Below, one piece after another: positions 10,466 to 20,326 of a DNA stretch of 64,000 nucleotides. How positions within the stretch are numbered: position 1 is the first letter of the stretch; each line of letters begins with the position of its first letter. This DNA is from Candidatus Woesearchaeota archaeon (lineage in GTDB: Archaea; Nanobdellota; Nanobdellia; Pacearchaeales; GW2011-AR1), in assembly GCA_964509675.1 (NCBI GenBank), contig CAZDXC010000002.1, positions 71,425 to 135,424 on the forward strand, given 5' to 3'. The notes under the pieces were generated by a model that had not been told where the DNA came from, did no database searches, and worked only from the letters and a program-made list of their open reading frames with translations. The position numbers were made by a program, and so were the translations under genes.

Positions 10466-11938
10466 ATGGTAAGAGTGTTATTTATCACAAGAGGAGAAGA
10501 ACATTATCCTCCAATGGGAATTATGCAGATTTCTGCTACTGCAAAACAGGCTGGACATGAAACTTATTTAGCCTTATTATCAAAAGATAATGTATGGGAA
10601 AGGATAGAAGAAGTCCAGCCAAACGTAATTGCTTATTCTGGGTCAACAGGAGAACACAAAGATTACTTTGAATTTAATAAAAAACTTAAGGCTAAAAAAT
10701 CTAATATTATAACAATAATGGGCGGACCCCATGCTACCTTTTTTCCTGAAAATACTTTAGAAGATGCTAAACTTGATGCTGTTTGTATTGGAGAGGGAGA
10801 TTATGCCTTTCCGAATTTTTTAAATGTTGTAAGTGCAGGGGGGGATTTTTTGAATCTTAGAAATATAATGACACGTCCCAATAAAAGACCAGAATTATCT
10901 TCACTTATAAAAAATTTAGACTCTCTTCCCTTTGTAGATAGAGAATTATTTTATGGTTATGGAAAGGCTGGAAAAAATTCATTAAAACATTTTTTTGCTA
11001 CAAGGGGTTGTCCATTTAATTGTACTTATTGCTTTAACGAATCTTTTAGAAATATGTACCCTGGACAGAGATATGTAAGAAGAAGAAGTGTAGATTCTCT
11101 TTTAGAAGAAATTCAAGAGGTAAAAGAAAAATGGCCAATGCAATATATAAAATTTTATGATGATATTTTTGCTTTAAAAGTTGATGATTGGCTAAAAGAA
11201 TTTGCAGAAAAATATCCAAGAAAGATTGGATTGCCATTTTTTGCATTAGCCCGAGTTAATTTAGTTAATAAGGAAATGGTTGATTTATTTTATAAGGCAG
11301 GATGTAGAGCAATAAGCCTATCTATTGAATCTGCAAATCCAAGGATAAGAGAAGAGGTACTAAAAAGAAGGATGACCAATGATGAAATAAAAAATGCATA
11401 CAAATTATTTGGAGACAAAGGAATAGCGATACAAAGTAATAATATTCTTGGACTTCCAACCTCTACTATTGAAGATGATATTCAAACTGTTGATTTTAAT
11501 ATAGAATGCGGTCCGAAACAAGGAGCAATTGTAATGGCGGAATTTGGAACTGCACATCCTTATCCTGGAACAGTTCTTGGAGAATATTGCGAAAATAATG
11601 GGCTTTATGATACTCATAAGGGTTTCTTTGACATGCATCTTTCTTATCAAACAGAATCACCCTTAAATTGTTTTAGTCCTTTAGAAAAAATAATGCAAAG
11701 AAATCTCACTATGCTGGGTCCAATTGCTGTAAGATTTCCTTGGACTAGAAATTTAATAATCAATAATTTAATAAAAAAGCCCACAAATCCATTATACTTC
11801 ATTTTATTTAATATAAATAAAAGCACAGGATATATGAAACACATTTATAAAATAAAAAGGAGTTTTGGAGAATCTTTCGGAGTTATATATAAGAGTTTCA
11901 AGAAAAATTGGTTTAAGAGGATGGGAGAAAAGGTTTAG
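10466..11938 (+). CDS. Cobalamin-binding radical SAM protein
   Basis: PMGIMQISA, GGPHAT, GEGD B12-binding domain; RGCPFNCTYC cluster motif. Confidence 0.93.
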   Translation: MVRVLFITRGEEHYPPMGIMQISATAKQAGHETYLALLSKDNVWERIEEVQPNVIAYSGSTGEHKDYFEFNKKLKAKKSNIITIMGGPHATFFPENTLEDAKLDAVCIGEGDYAFPNFLNVVSAGGDFLNLRNIMTRPNKRPELSSLIKNLDSLPFVDRELFYGYGKAGKNSLKHFFATRGCPFNCTYCFNESFRNMYPGQRYVRRRSVDSLLEEIQEVKEKWPMQYIKFYDDIFALKVDDWLKEFAEKYPRKIGLPFFALARVNLVNKEMVDLFYKAGCRAISLSIESANPRIREEVLKRRMTNDEIKNAYKLFGDKGIAIQSNNILGLPTSTIEDDIQTVDFNIECGPKQGAIVMAEFGTAHPYPGTVLGEYCENNGLYDTHKGFFDMHLSYQTESPLNCFSPLEKIMQRNLTMLGPIAVRFPWTRNLIINNLIKKPTNPLYFILFNINKSTGYMKHIYKIKRSFGESFGVIYKSFKKNWFKRMGEKV

Positions 11939-11948
11939 GAGAGAATTC

Positions 11949-12935
11949 ATGTCCGAGGATAAAAATTTTCAAAAATATTTTTATAAAAAAATCTTATCTG
12001 TTATTAATTTAGAAAGCAAAGGAAATAATAGAATCTTAGAAGTTATTACATCTGAGGGAAAATTTGCTTTAAAAATTTATTCAAGGAGACATTTTCAAGG
12101 ATGGGATAGGGGTGGAACGGAATTTAAGACATTATCCTACTTATGGAAAAAAGGTTTTAGAGAAATCTCACAACCAATTAAGTTTTATAGAGAAGATAAT
12201 ATCGGAGTATATACTTTTGCAGAAGGAAAAATTCTTAAAACAGAAGAAATAGGGAGAAAGGACATTAATAAAGCTATTAATTTTTTAATACATTTACATA
12301 AATTGGGGGAAGAAGACAAAAAAAAATTCTCTCCTGCTAGTTCAGCATGTTTAAACCTTCAAGAATATATTAATGTTTTAGAATCAAGATTTCAATACAT
12401 AAAAAAAGGATTTTTTGAAAGAAATCCAGAAATTAGAGATTTTTTATTATCTTCCGTTAGGGGTAAGATAACAGAACTTAAAAATAATTTTCTTGAAGAA
12501 ACTAAAGATTTAGATATTACAAGAAAAATTGGTTTAGAACAACAAGTTTTAACTCCTGCAGATTTTGGTTTTCATAATATTTTAAAAAATGGAAAAGAGT
12601 ACACTTTTCTTGACTTTGAATATTTTGGTAGAGATGATCCTGTTAGACAGATACTTGATTTTATATATCATGGAAGTTCCAGAGGAATTAGTGAAGAATT
12701 GAAATCTTATTTCATGGATGAATATCTCTTTTCTATGAATGATTTAGATCTTAGGGATAGACTTAAATTATTAACTCCTCTAATTAAAATGGCATGGATC
12801 CTTATTTGTTTAAATCCTTTTAATGCTGAGTATGAGGAAAATATTCTATCTAAACACTTAGAAGGAGATTATATAAAAAAATTCAAAAAAAAGAGATTTG
12901 AAGAAGCTAAAAAAAGATTCGAGGAACTTCCGTGA
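11949..12935 (+). CDS. Aminoglycoside phosphotransferase/choline-kinase-family kinase
   Basis: GNNR, FALKIY, ADFGFHN catalytic loop, LDFEYFGRDDP. Probable start is ATG 11949. Confidence 0.85.
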   Translation: MSEDKNFQKYFYKKILSVINLESKGNNRILEVITSEGKFALKIYSRRHFQGWDRGGTEFKTLSYLWKKGFREISQPIKFYREDNIGVYTFAEGKILKTEEIGRKDINKAINFLIHLHKLGEEDKKKFSPASSACLNLQEYINVLESRFQYIKKGFFERNPEIRDFLLSSVRGKITELKNNFLEETKDLDITRKIGLEQQVLTPADFGFHNILKNGKEYTFLDFEYFGRDDPVRQILDFIYHGSSRGISEELKSYFMDEYLFSMNDLDLRDRLKLLTPLIKMAWILICLNPFNAEYEENILSKHLEGDYIKKFKKKRFEEAKKRFEELP

Positions 12936-12995
12936 AAACGATTAATTATATAAATATTTTAAATTTGACAATAAATAAGGATTTAATATAATAAG

Positions 12996-14042
12996 ATGGT
13001 GCGATTAGATATAGATGGAACAAACCTCCCATATCAACCAGAAAGAGTTTCTGAATGGAAAAAAAAAGGAGATTGCTTTCCCCTTTATGTTGAAATAGGG
13101 CCTACAAACAGGTGTAATCATAGATGTATTTTTTGTGCATTAGACTGGGTCAAACATGGAAAGATAGATATCAACAAAAAAATTTTGATTAGAAATTTAA
13201 AAGATATGATTCGGGGAGGAGTTAAATCAGTAATGTTTGCAGGAGAGGGGGAACCCGTATTACACAAAAATCTAACTGATTTTGTATGGACAGCTAGCAA
13301 TTATGGTGCTTCTGTTTCAATAACGACAAATGGTTCTATATTTAATAAAGACCTTGCAGAAAAAATAATGCCTTATTTAACTTGGATAAGATTTAGTGTG
13401 GATGCAGGATCAAGCGAGACATATTCTAAAATTCATGGAACTAATAAGGAAGATTTTAGAAGAACAATTAAAAATATAGAGTATGCTGTTAAATTAAAGA
13501 ATGAAAAGGCTAATGTAAGTGTTCAAACATTGGTTCTTCCACAAAATATTCATGAAATAAGTAAACTTGCAAAGATTTTATTAGAAATTGGAGTTGATAT
13601 GTTACAAGTAAAACCCTATTCTTATCATCCGCTTAGTTCAAATAATTTTTATGTAAATCTAAAAGAATATGAATTGTTAGATAAAGAATTAAAAGTTTTT
13701 AATTCCCCAAATTTTAAGATTAAAGTTAGAAAAAAAACATTAGAAAGAATACTAAAAGGGATAGATTATTTACAATGCTATGCTTTACCCTTTTTTGCTT
13801 TAATAGATGCAAAAGGAAATTTAATTCCTTGTAATCTGTTTTATGATAATGAAAATTTTATATATGGAAATTTATATAAAGAAAAATTTAGTAAGATTTG
13901 GAGAGGAAAAAAAAGAAGAATGGTCTTGGAAAAATTAAGGGAAGGGGGACTTGAAAATTGTAGAAAAGGATGCAGATTAGATGCAAGCAATAGATATTTG
14001 GATAGTATCATAAATCGAGGAGAATTTCAAAATTTTCTTTAA
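12996..14042 (+). CDS. Radical SAM protein with SPASM/twitch domain
   Basis: CNHRCIFC, GEGEP, TTNG; C-terminal CY..P...IDAKG...PC...GNL...F..IW...C..GC. Confidence 0.92.
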   Translation: MVRLDIDGTNLPYQPERVSEWKKKGDCFPLYVEIGPTNRCNHRCIFCALDWVKHGKIDINKKILIRNLKDMIRGGVKSVMFAGEGEPVLHKNLTDFVWTASNYGASVSITTNGSIFNKDLAEKIMPYLTWIRFSVDAGSSETYSKIHGTNKEDFRRTIKNIEYAVKLKNEKANVSVQTLVLPQNIHEISKLAKILLEIGVDMLQVKPYSYHPLSSNNFYVNLKEYELLDKELKVFNSPNFKIKVRKKTLERILKGIDYLQCYALPFFALIDAKGNLIPCNLFYDNENFIYGNLYKEKFSKIWRGKKRRMVLEKLREGGLENCRKGCRLDASNRYLDSIINRGEFQNFL

Positions 14043-14043
14043 A

Positions 14044-14892
14044 ATGGATTTAATAAAGCTTCCAGAGAGATATAATTATAGTGAAGCATATCTAACTCTT
14101 AGATGTAATCTTGGCTGTTCTTATTGTATAAATCAACAATCTAGTGTTATAAGGAATAGAAGAGAATTATCTGCAAAAGAATGGGCAAATGCATTAAATA
14201 GGATAGATTTTGGAGATATTCCATTAACATTGGGTGGAGGAGAGCCAACTCTCCATAAAGAATTTTTTGTTTTATTGGATTTATTACGGCCAGATATTAA
14301 CATAGATTTATTAACAAATTTAGATTTTAATATAGATGAATTTATCTCAAGGACTTCTCCTGACAGATTTAACAGTAGAAAAAATTCTGCATATCGTTCT
14401 ATAAGAGTTAGTTATCATGCTGAAAAAATGAATCCTGAAGACTTGATGTATAAAGTTGAAAAATTACAAAAAAAGGGTTTTTCTATAGGTGTTTTTGGAT
14501 TAAATCATCCCCATAATTTAGAATCTAATATGCATATGTCAGAAGTAGCAAGACAAAATCAAGTATATTTTTTTATAAAAGATTTTTTAGGAATATATGA
14601 TGGACATCTATTTGGATATTTTAAATACCCTTCTGGATTAGATGGAAAAAAAAAGAGAGTATTTTGTAGAACAAATGAATTTTTGATAGATCCCTGTGGA
14701 GATGTTTATAGATGTCATAGAGATTTATATAAAAAAGAAGGCGCAATAATAAATATAACTAACCCCCATTTTAAAATAAATGAAAGATTTAAATATTGTA
14801 ATAATTATGGGGAATGTAATCCTTGTGATGTAAAATTAAAAGCAAATCGTTTTTTAAAAGGAGGAAATTGTTCTGTAGAGATTATAGGTTAA
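14044..14892 (+). CDS. Radical SAM protein with C-terminal Cys-rich (twitch-like) domain
   Basis: CNLGCSYC, GGGEPTLH, IDPCGDVYRCH, C...G.CNPCD. Confidence 0.88.
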   Translation: MDLIKLPERYNYSEAYLTLRCNLGCSYCINQQSSVIRNRRELSAKEWANALNRIDFGDIPLTLGGGEPTLHKEFFVLLDLLRPDINIDLLTNLDFNIDEFISRTSPDRFNSRKNSAYRSIRVSYHAEKMNPEDLMYKVEKLQKKGFSIGVFGLNHPHNLESNMHMSEVARQNQVYFFIKDFLGIYDGHLFGYFKYPSGLDGKKKRVFCRTNEFLIDPCGDVYRCHRDLYKKEGAIINITNPHFKINERFKYCNNYGECNPCDVKLKANRFLKGGNCSVEIIG

Positions 14893-15656
14893 CGAATTTC
14901 TGAAACTTTTCTTGATTTATACTTAGATAAAAAAATAGCTATTTTTTCAAATAATTCAAAATTATCTAAAACAGCCATTGTTATTGGATGAATTAATAAT
15001 ATGCTTGGAATTTTTTTTCTTTCATTATCAATAATCCTTTTTTTAATAATCTCAAACCATTCTTCTGGATTAATTCTGCTTTTTACACAACTCGCAAAAG
15101 GACTTTGGTTTTCTGGTCTTAATACCCCATATGCAATTGTATTTTGGTCAGGAGGAATGTTTATTGGGATATGAATGATTCCTCCTTTTTCAAAAGGCAT
15201 AATATCTCCTGCCAAATCAGAAACATATTTTACTTCTTTCTGTTTTAAAATTTTGAATGTTTCTTCATTTGAACCAAAAGCATGTGTTCTCCATGATTTC
15301 ATGTCAAGCCCAGATTTCTCAAATGCCTTTTTGGTTTTTTTTATATCTTTTTTTTGGAATCTTTTTGAACCGTAAACACATTCAAAAAATTTTCTGTTAA
15401 TGTAACTTCTAAAAACATTCATTCTTCCAAAATTGTCGTAGGTATGTCCTCCTAACTCTACATTATAGATTAACAATTCTTTAATTTTGGAAGGATTTTC
15501 ATCTAAAAATTTTCCATTAATAAACAATGTTGAAGATAATTTGTATTTTTTTAAAATTTCCAAATATTTTTTTGCAGCATCCAACTCAGAACCAGCTTTC
15601 TGTTGCTCCCAGTTCCCTTTCATCTTAGTATGAACATCTCCTGTTAGATATATCAT
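14889..15656 (-). CDS. Polysaccharide deacetylase (NodB/CE4-like)
   Basis: LTGDVH, TLFING, ELGGHTYD, WRTHAF, LLIHP. Start chosen at ATG 15656, about 21 nt from a TATA-like TTTTTATAA. Confidence 0.8.
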   Translation of the reverse strand: MIYLTGDVHTKMKGNWEQQKAGSELDAAKKYLEILKKYKLSSTLFINGKFLDENPSKIKELLIYNVELGGHTYDNFGRMNVFRSYINRKFFECVYGSKRFQKKDIKKTKKAFEKSGLDMKSWRTHAFGSNEETFKILKQKEVKYVSDLAGDIMPFEKGGIIHIPINIPPDQNTIAYGVLRPENQSPFASCVKSRINPEEWFEIIKKRIIDNERKKIPSILLIHPITMAVLDNFELFEKIAIFLSKYKSRKVSEIR

Positions 15657-15737
15657 AATTCTTTTTGATAATGGCATTATAAAAATCTTTCTTGTTAATA
15701 AAGAAGATTTAAATAGGGGTTTATTTTTTGAATTTTC

Positions 15738-16808
15738 ATGATTAAAAGACTTTGCATATTTACTGTCGATTATGCCTTTAATAGACAATCAATAATCAAT
15801 TATCTGGAGAAAATTATTCCTGAAAATATAGAAATTTATATTTTTACAACTGAAAATAATAAAAATAAATATACTTCAAAGAAGGCTAAAACAGCAGATA
15901 CATATTGTAACAAGTATAATTGTTTTTTTGAATTGAGGAAATTTTGTAAGAAAAACAAAATTGACAGAATAATAAACTTGGGGGTTCTACCTCAAGAAGG
16001 CTTTCTAATGCTATTTGCGACAATATTTACAAAAACAGATTTTATAAGTTATCAATTAGGAAATCCATTAGAAGCCTTTAAGGTAAATGAAGGAAAAAGA
16101 AAAATAAAAACTCTCTTTGAGAAACTATTTTTTTATCCTATTCTTTTCTTTTCAAAAAAGGGCGTTCTTTGTTTAAAGAATTTAACTAATCATTACAAAA
16201 GAAAACTTCCACCCATAAAGAAAAAAATATTTTATTTCCCCCATTTAATTGACATCAGTCTCTTTATACCTAAAAATAAATTAAATTGCAGAAAAAGATT
16301 AAAAATAGGAAAAAAGGATAAGGTGATAATATTTGTTGGAAGAATAGAATATCTTAAAGGTTCTGATATTTTGTATGAAACCATTAAGCAAAATCCAGAC
16401 AAGAAATTCATTTTGATAGGAAAAATAAAAGATGAGACCTATAAAAAAAGAAAATTAAAAAATATTATACATTTAGAATCAAAATCGCAAAAAGAATTGG
16501 TTGATTATTATAATGTAGCGGATTTATGTTTTTTTCCGAGCAGACTTGAAGGAATTCCTGTAGTTCCACGAGAAGCTATGGCATGTGGTATTCCAACAAT
16601 AATTTCTGATATAAGTTGCTCAAAAGAAATAAAAAGTATAATTATTGTTCCTTTGGATATAGAAAAAATGAATTATGAAATAAATAATTTTTTTAAATTA
16701 TCTTCTAGAGAAAAAAAAGAGTTGTCTATAAAATCAAGAAATTCAATTATAAGAGACTATAGTTTAGAAACTTGGAAAGAAGAGTATATAAGGAAAATTT
16801 TAAATTAA
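15738..16808 (+). CDS. Glycosyltransferase family 4
   Basis: IFVGRIEYLKG, PSRLEGIPVVPREAMACGIP. Confidence 0.92.
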   Translation: MIKRLCIFTVDYAFNRQSIINYLEKIIPENIEIYIFTTENNKNKYTSKKAKTADTYCNKYNCFFELRKFCKKNKIDRIINLGVLPQEGFLMLFATIFTKTDFISYQLGNPLEAFKVNEGKRKIKTLFEKLFFYPILFFSKKGVLCLKNLTNHYKRKLPPIKKKIFYFPHLIDISLFIPKNKLNCRKRLKIGKKDKVIIFVGRIEYLKGSDILYETIKQNPDKKFILIGKIKDETYKKRKLKNIIHLESKSQKELVDYYNVADLCFFPSRLEGIPVVPREAMACGIPTIISDISCSKEIKSIIIVPLDIEKMNYEINNFFKLSSREKKELSIKSRNSIIRDYSLETWKEEYIRKILN

Positions 16809-16810
16809 AA

Positions 16811-17572
16811 ATGAAACATATAGCCAGTTCTAAACGTTGGAAAATCGCACAGGATTCTGAAAAAGAATATTGGGGAGAATTTACAAAAGAATTTCTTTTG
16901 AAAGGGGAAGCAGAAAGGCATAGAAAAAAAGCCCAAATTTTAGAAAAAAGATGGAAAAAATTTATAAATCCAAATAAAAATTTTAGGATTTTACAGATAG
17001 GTTGTGGCCCGGAAGATGTTATTAATTACATCTCAACAGGCAGAAAATATGCTATTGATCCTTTAGCAGATTTCTATAAAAGAAAATTTAATTTAGATTA
17101 CAACCAAATAGTATTTATCGAGGGAAGAGCAGAAAACCTTCCATTCAAAGATAAATACTTTGATTTAATAATCTTAGCAAATGTTTTAGATCATGTTGAA
17201 AATTCACAAAAAGCTTTGTCAGAAATAAAACGTGTAATGAAAGATAAAAGTCTATTTTATTTTGAAAATTTATTTTATCAAAAAAACTTTATTAGAATCG
17301 CAAAAATATATGGTGCATTACGAAAAAAATTAACCGGCAATATATTTAATATTCATCATCCTTTTATGTTTATGTTAAAAGACCTTAAATATTTGCTTTC
17401 TAAAGATTTTTCAATTATCAATGAAGAAATAGGTATGGATATTGGTTCTTACAATAGTCTAGAAGAAATGAAAAAGATGAAGAAAAAAGAAAAAAAACTT
17501 ACTGCTAAAATTCCAGCAATGTTCGGATTGTATGGCGCGATTAATTATACTGCTATATGTAATAAAAAATAA
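16811..17572 (+). CDS. Class I SAM-dependent methyltransferase (Methyltransf_11-like)
   Basis: ILQIGCGP, AENLPF...FDLI...NVLDHV. Probable start is ATG 16811. Confidence 0.88.
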   Translation: MKHIASSKRWKIAQDSEKEYWGEFTKEFLLKGEAERHRKKAQILEKRWKKFINPNKNFRILQIGCGPEDVINYISTGRKYAIDPLADFYKRKFNLDYNQIVFIEGRAENLPFKDKYFDLIILANVLDHVENSQKALSEIKRVMKDKSLFYFENLFYQKNFIRIAKIYGALRKKLTGNIFNIHHPFMFMLKDLKYLLSKDFSIINEEIGMDIGSYNSLEEMKKMKKKEKKLTAKIPAMFGLYGAINYTAICNKK

Positions 17573-17588
17573 TTTTTTTCTTTTTATT

Positions 17589-18161
17589 CTATTCTTTTAT
17601 TAAAAAATTATAAATGTGTGGATGTAATTTTTTTTCATCAGAGGTCTTTTTTTCCTTACTACTAGTATACCTAATAGGAAAACCAAAATGGGGAACTGCC
17701 TTAAAAAGTTTGAAATTTTTTAGTTCATCAGGAATAATTGGAGAATAATAAGAATCCCACCCCAAAATTAAAATCCCTTTTTTTTTCAAAACTTTATAAC
17801 AATTTTTCATAACTTTTTCTGCATCTTTTATAGTATCTACACCAAAACCAAAAACTCCACAAAAGAATATATAATCAAAAAAGTCTTTTGGAAAATATTT
17901 GCCAACATTAACTATGCTTCCTACTATGTGTTTCCGGGCTCCGAATTGTGCAACTTCAGGATTTACATCTATAGTCCATAAATCATTTCTTTCTAGTTTT
18001 TCGGGATAATCTTTAGTATAACTTGCAACTCCAACGAATAAAACCTTTTTATTTTTTATTTTAGGAAACATCTTTCTTTCCAAGTCATATCTTGCTTTAC
18101 ATCGCCATTTTAATAACAATTCTCTCATAATTTTTCTAAAGATATTTTGTCTATTGTTCAT
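17589..18161 (-). CDS. Class I SAM-dependent methyltransferase
   Basis: VLFVGV, TIDVNP, FFDYIF..GVFGFG, LKKKGILILGW. Confidence 0.78.
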   Translation of the reverse strand: MNNRQNIFRKIMRELLLKWRCKARYDLERKMFPKIKNKKVLFVGVASYTKDYPEKLERNDLWTIDVNPEVAQFGARKHIVGSIVNVGKYFPKDFFDYIFFCGVFGFGVDTIKDAEKVMKNCYKVLKKKGILILGWDSYYSPIIPDELKNFKLFKAVPHFGFPIRYTSSKEKKTSDEKKLHPHIYNFLIKE

Positions 18162-18814
18162 TCTTTTCTCTTAGGTTTTGCAAAAACTACCATGCTATAC
18201 CTTAATTTATCTCCAAGAATATCACAAAGTAGATTTTGCAAAAATCTTTTGATTGTATCTGCATTCTGAAAATTTACAAATTTTATCTTTTCCATTGTAA
18301 AATGATGTCTGTTTAATAAACTTTTAATTACTGTTGGAGAAAACCAAAGAGTATGTTCTGGATGAACTTTAAGGTCATTGTTAAGTAATCTTATTAATCC
18401 CCCAATTTTATAATTAAGAGCAAAAACATTTGGTGTTGTAATTATAAGAAGACCATTTTTTTTGAGGTGTTTCCAAGAACTATCCAAAAACAATCCCGGG
18501 TTACTTAAATGTTCAATGACATCTCCTGCAAAAATAACATCAAATTTCTTATTAAATTTAAAAGTCTCTGCACTTTGACAATAAACATCATAACCCTGTT
18601 TTTTTAGTATATCTATCTTATCTTTGGTTATGTCTATACCTATAACCTCTTTTGCATATTTTTTAAGAAAGCCATGTATCCATCTAGGTTTGTTTTCATT
18701 ATTGATTAATTCTCCTATTTCCGCATAACATCCAACATCTAAAACTATTTTATTTTTAATGTAGGGGGATATAGAAATAATCCTTTGGTCATTGAATTCC
18801 TTTTTTTTTAACAT
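18158..18814 (-). CDS. Class I SAM-dependent methyltransferase (Methyltransf_23-like)
   Basis: VLDVGC, GIDI, FDVIFAGDVIEHLSNP, LIITTPN. Confidence 0.9.
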   Translation of the reverse strand: MLKKKEFNDQRIISISPYIKNKIVLDVGCYAEIGELINNENKPRWIHGFLKKYAKEVIGIDITKDKIDILKKQGYDVYCQSAETFKFNKKFDVIFAGDVIEHLSNPGLFLDSSWKHLKKNGLLIITTPNVFALNYKIGGLIRLLNNDLKVHPEHTLWFSPTVIKSLLNRHHFTMEKIKFVNFQNADTIKRFLQNLLCDILGDKLRYSMVVFAKPKRKE

Positions 18815-18904
18815 TTTCTATTTAAGAAACATAAATTCTTAATTTAAAAATATTCCTAAGAAATTACAAGAAAATTTAAAAAGGCATAAAATTCATAAAG
18901 ACTT

Positions 18905-20326
18905 GTGGCAAAAGTTTTGTTAATACAACCAAATAATGATATAAGAAAAAGAGAGATTAGTGCAGAACCTTTTACTCCATTAAGTTTAATCTATTTGGCT
19001 ACGGTTATAGAAGATAAACACTCCGTAAAAATTTATGATAGAAACTTAAATGTAAACGATTTTGCCTTTCTTGATTTTTTAAGGAAATACAATCCAGACA
19101 TAGTTGGATTTACAAGCAATACATCAGAAGTTTTATTTGATATAATCTTATTAGGAAAACTCATAAAAAAAGAATTCCCTAAACTGTTAATTGTTGTGGG
19201 AGGGCCTCACGCAACAATAGAACCAGATTCTGTTTTAAATGAGCCTTATGTGGATTATATAATTAGGGGGGAAGGAGAAGAAGCTTTTTTGGAATTTTGT
19301 GATACTTTTGATAAAAATCCTAAAAAACTTAAGATATTAAAAAACATTAATCATAATCTTTTAAGACCTTACTTAAATATGAACAATTTAAAAATTCCAA
19401 ATTATGGATTACTTGATTTAAAGAAATATAAGATATTCTACGTGAGCATGAATCGGGGTTGTCCAGGAAATTGCACTTTTTGCTATAATGTAAGAAGTTG
19501 GGGTAAAAATGGAAAAGCTTTTGTTAGAACATTTAGCTTAGAAAAATCAAAAGAATTATTCAAACAACTTGCTGAAAAATATCATTTTAAAGTATTTTCT
19601 ATAGTTGATGACCATTTTATTTCTAATAAGCCTTATGCAATTGAACTGTGTACTTATCTAAAAAATTTTAATTTCCATTTTTTTTGTTTTGGAAGAGCAG
19701 ATTATGTAGATGATGAAATATTAAAAGCCCTAAAAAAAGCCGGATGTCACACAATACAAATCGGTATAGAATCAGGCAGCCCCAAAATCTTAAATTTCCT
19801 CAATAAGCAGGTTACAGTTGAACAAAATAGAAAGGCAATAGAATGTTGCAGACGAAACAATATAATTTGCGATGCAAGTTTTATGCTTGGTTTGCCAATT
19901 GAGAATATCTTCAATATGAAAGAAACTGTAGATTTCATTAAAAAGACTAAACCTGATATTATAAACTTAAAAATTTATGATCCACTTCCCGGGGCCATTG
20001 TTTTTGATTTTTGTATTAGCAAGGGCTCATTAGTAAAACCACAAACTTTGGAAGATTGGGCTTCTTGGACAGGGAATATGAGCAGAGTAAACCATAATGT
20101 GAGCCAGGTATCAGATGAAATGATTTTAAAAACTGCAGAAGAAGTATGGAAAGTTAATTTTTATAAGACCAAATTTAAAAAATTAATTTTTTGGTTTAAA
20201 ATTGGAGAATATATTTATGCATTAAAGGGAATTAAGAGATTATTTTTTGATAGAAATCGTATAAGAATTCCTTTTATAGGTCATTTAAATTTAATAAAAA
20301 AGAAAAAAGAGATAAAAAATTATTAA
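18905..20326 (+). CDS. Cobalamin-binding radical SAM protein
   Basis: PLSLIYLA, GGPHAT, GEGE, RGCPGNCTFC, GIESGS; GTG start. Confidence 0.93.
   Translation: MAKVLLIQPNNDIRKREISAEPFTPLSLIYLATVIEDKHSVKIYDRNLNVNDFAFLDFLRKYNPDIVGFTSNTSEVLFDIILLGKLIKKEFPKLLIVVGGPHATIEPDSVLNEPYVDYIIRGEGEEAFLEFCDTFDKNPKKLKILKNINHNLLRPYLNMNNLKIPNYGLLDLKKYKIFYVSMNRGCPGNCTFCYNVRSWGKNGKAFVRTFSLEKSKELFKQLAEKYHFKVFSIVDDHFISNKPYAIELCTYLKNFNFHFFCFGRADYVDDEILKALKKAGCHTIQIGIESGSPKILNFLNKQVTVEQNRKAIECCRRNNIICDASFMLGLPIENIFNMKETVDFIKKTKPDIINLKIYDPLPGAIVFDFCISKGSLVKPQTLEDWASWTGNMSRVNHNVSQVSDEMILKTAEEVWKVNFYKTKFKKLIFWFKIGEYIYALKGIKRLFFDRNRIRIPFIGHLNLIKKKKEIKNY

Noticed and set aside
14044..14892. QueE partner for QueC
   Set aside because: It has a C-terminal Cys-rich twitch-like domain, is coupled to another SPASM protein and lies 12 kb from queC.
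18801..18809. Homopolymer tracts (e.g. T9 at a methyltransferase start) as phase-variation switches
   Set aside because: A/T runs of 8-9 nt are frequent throughout this AT-rich window, and no frameshifted gene was seen.
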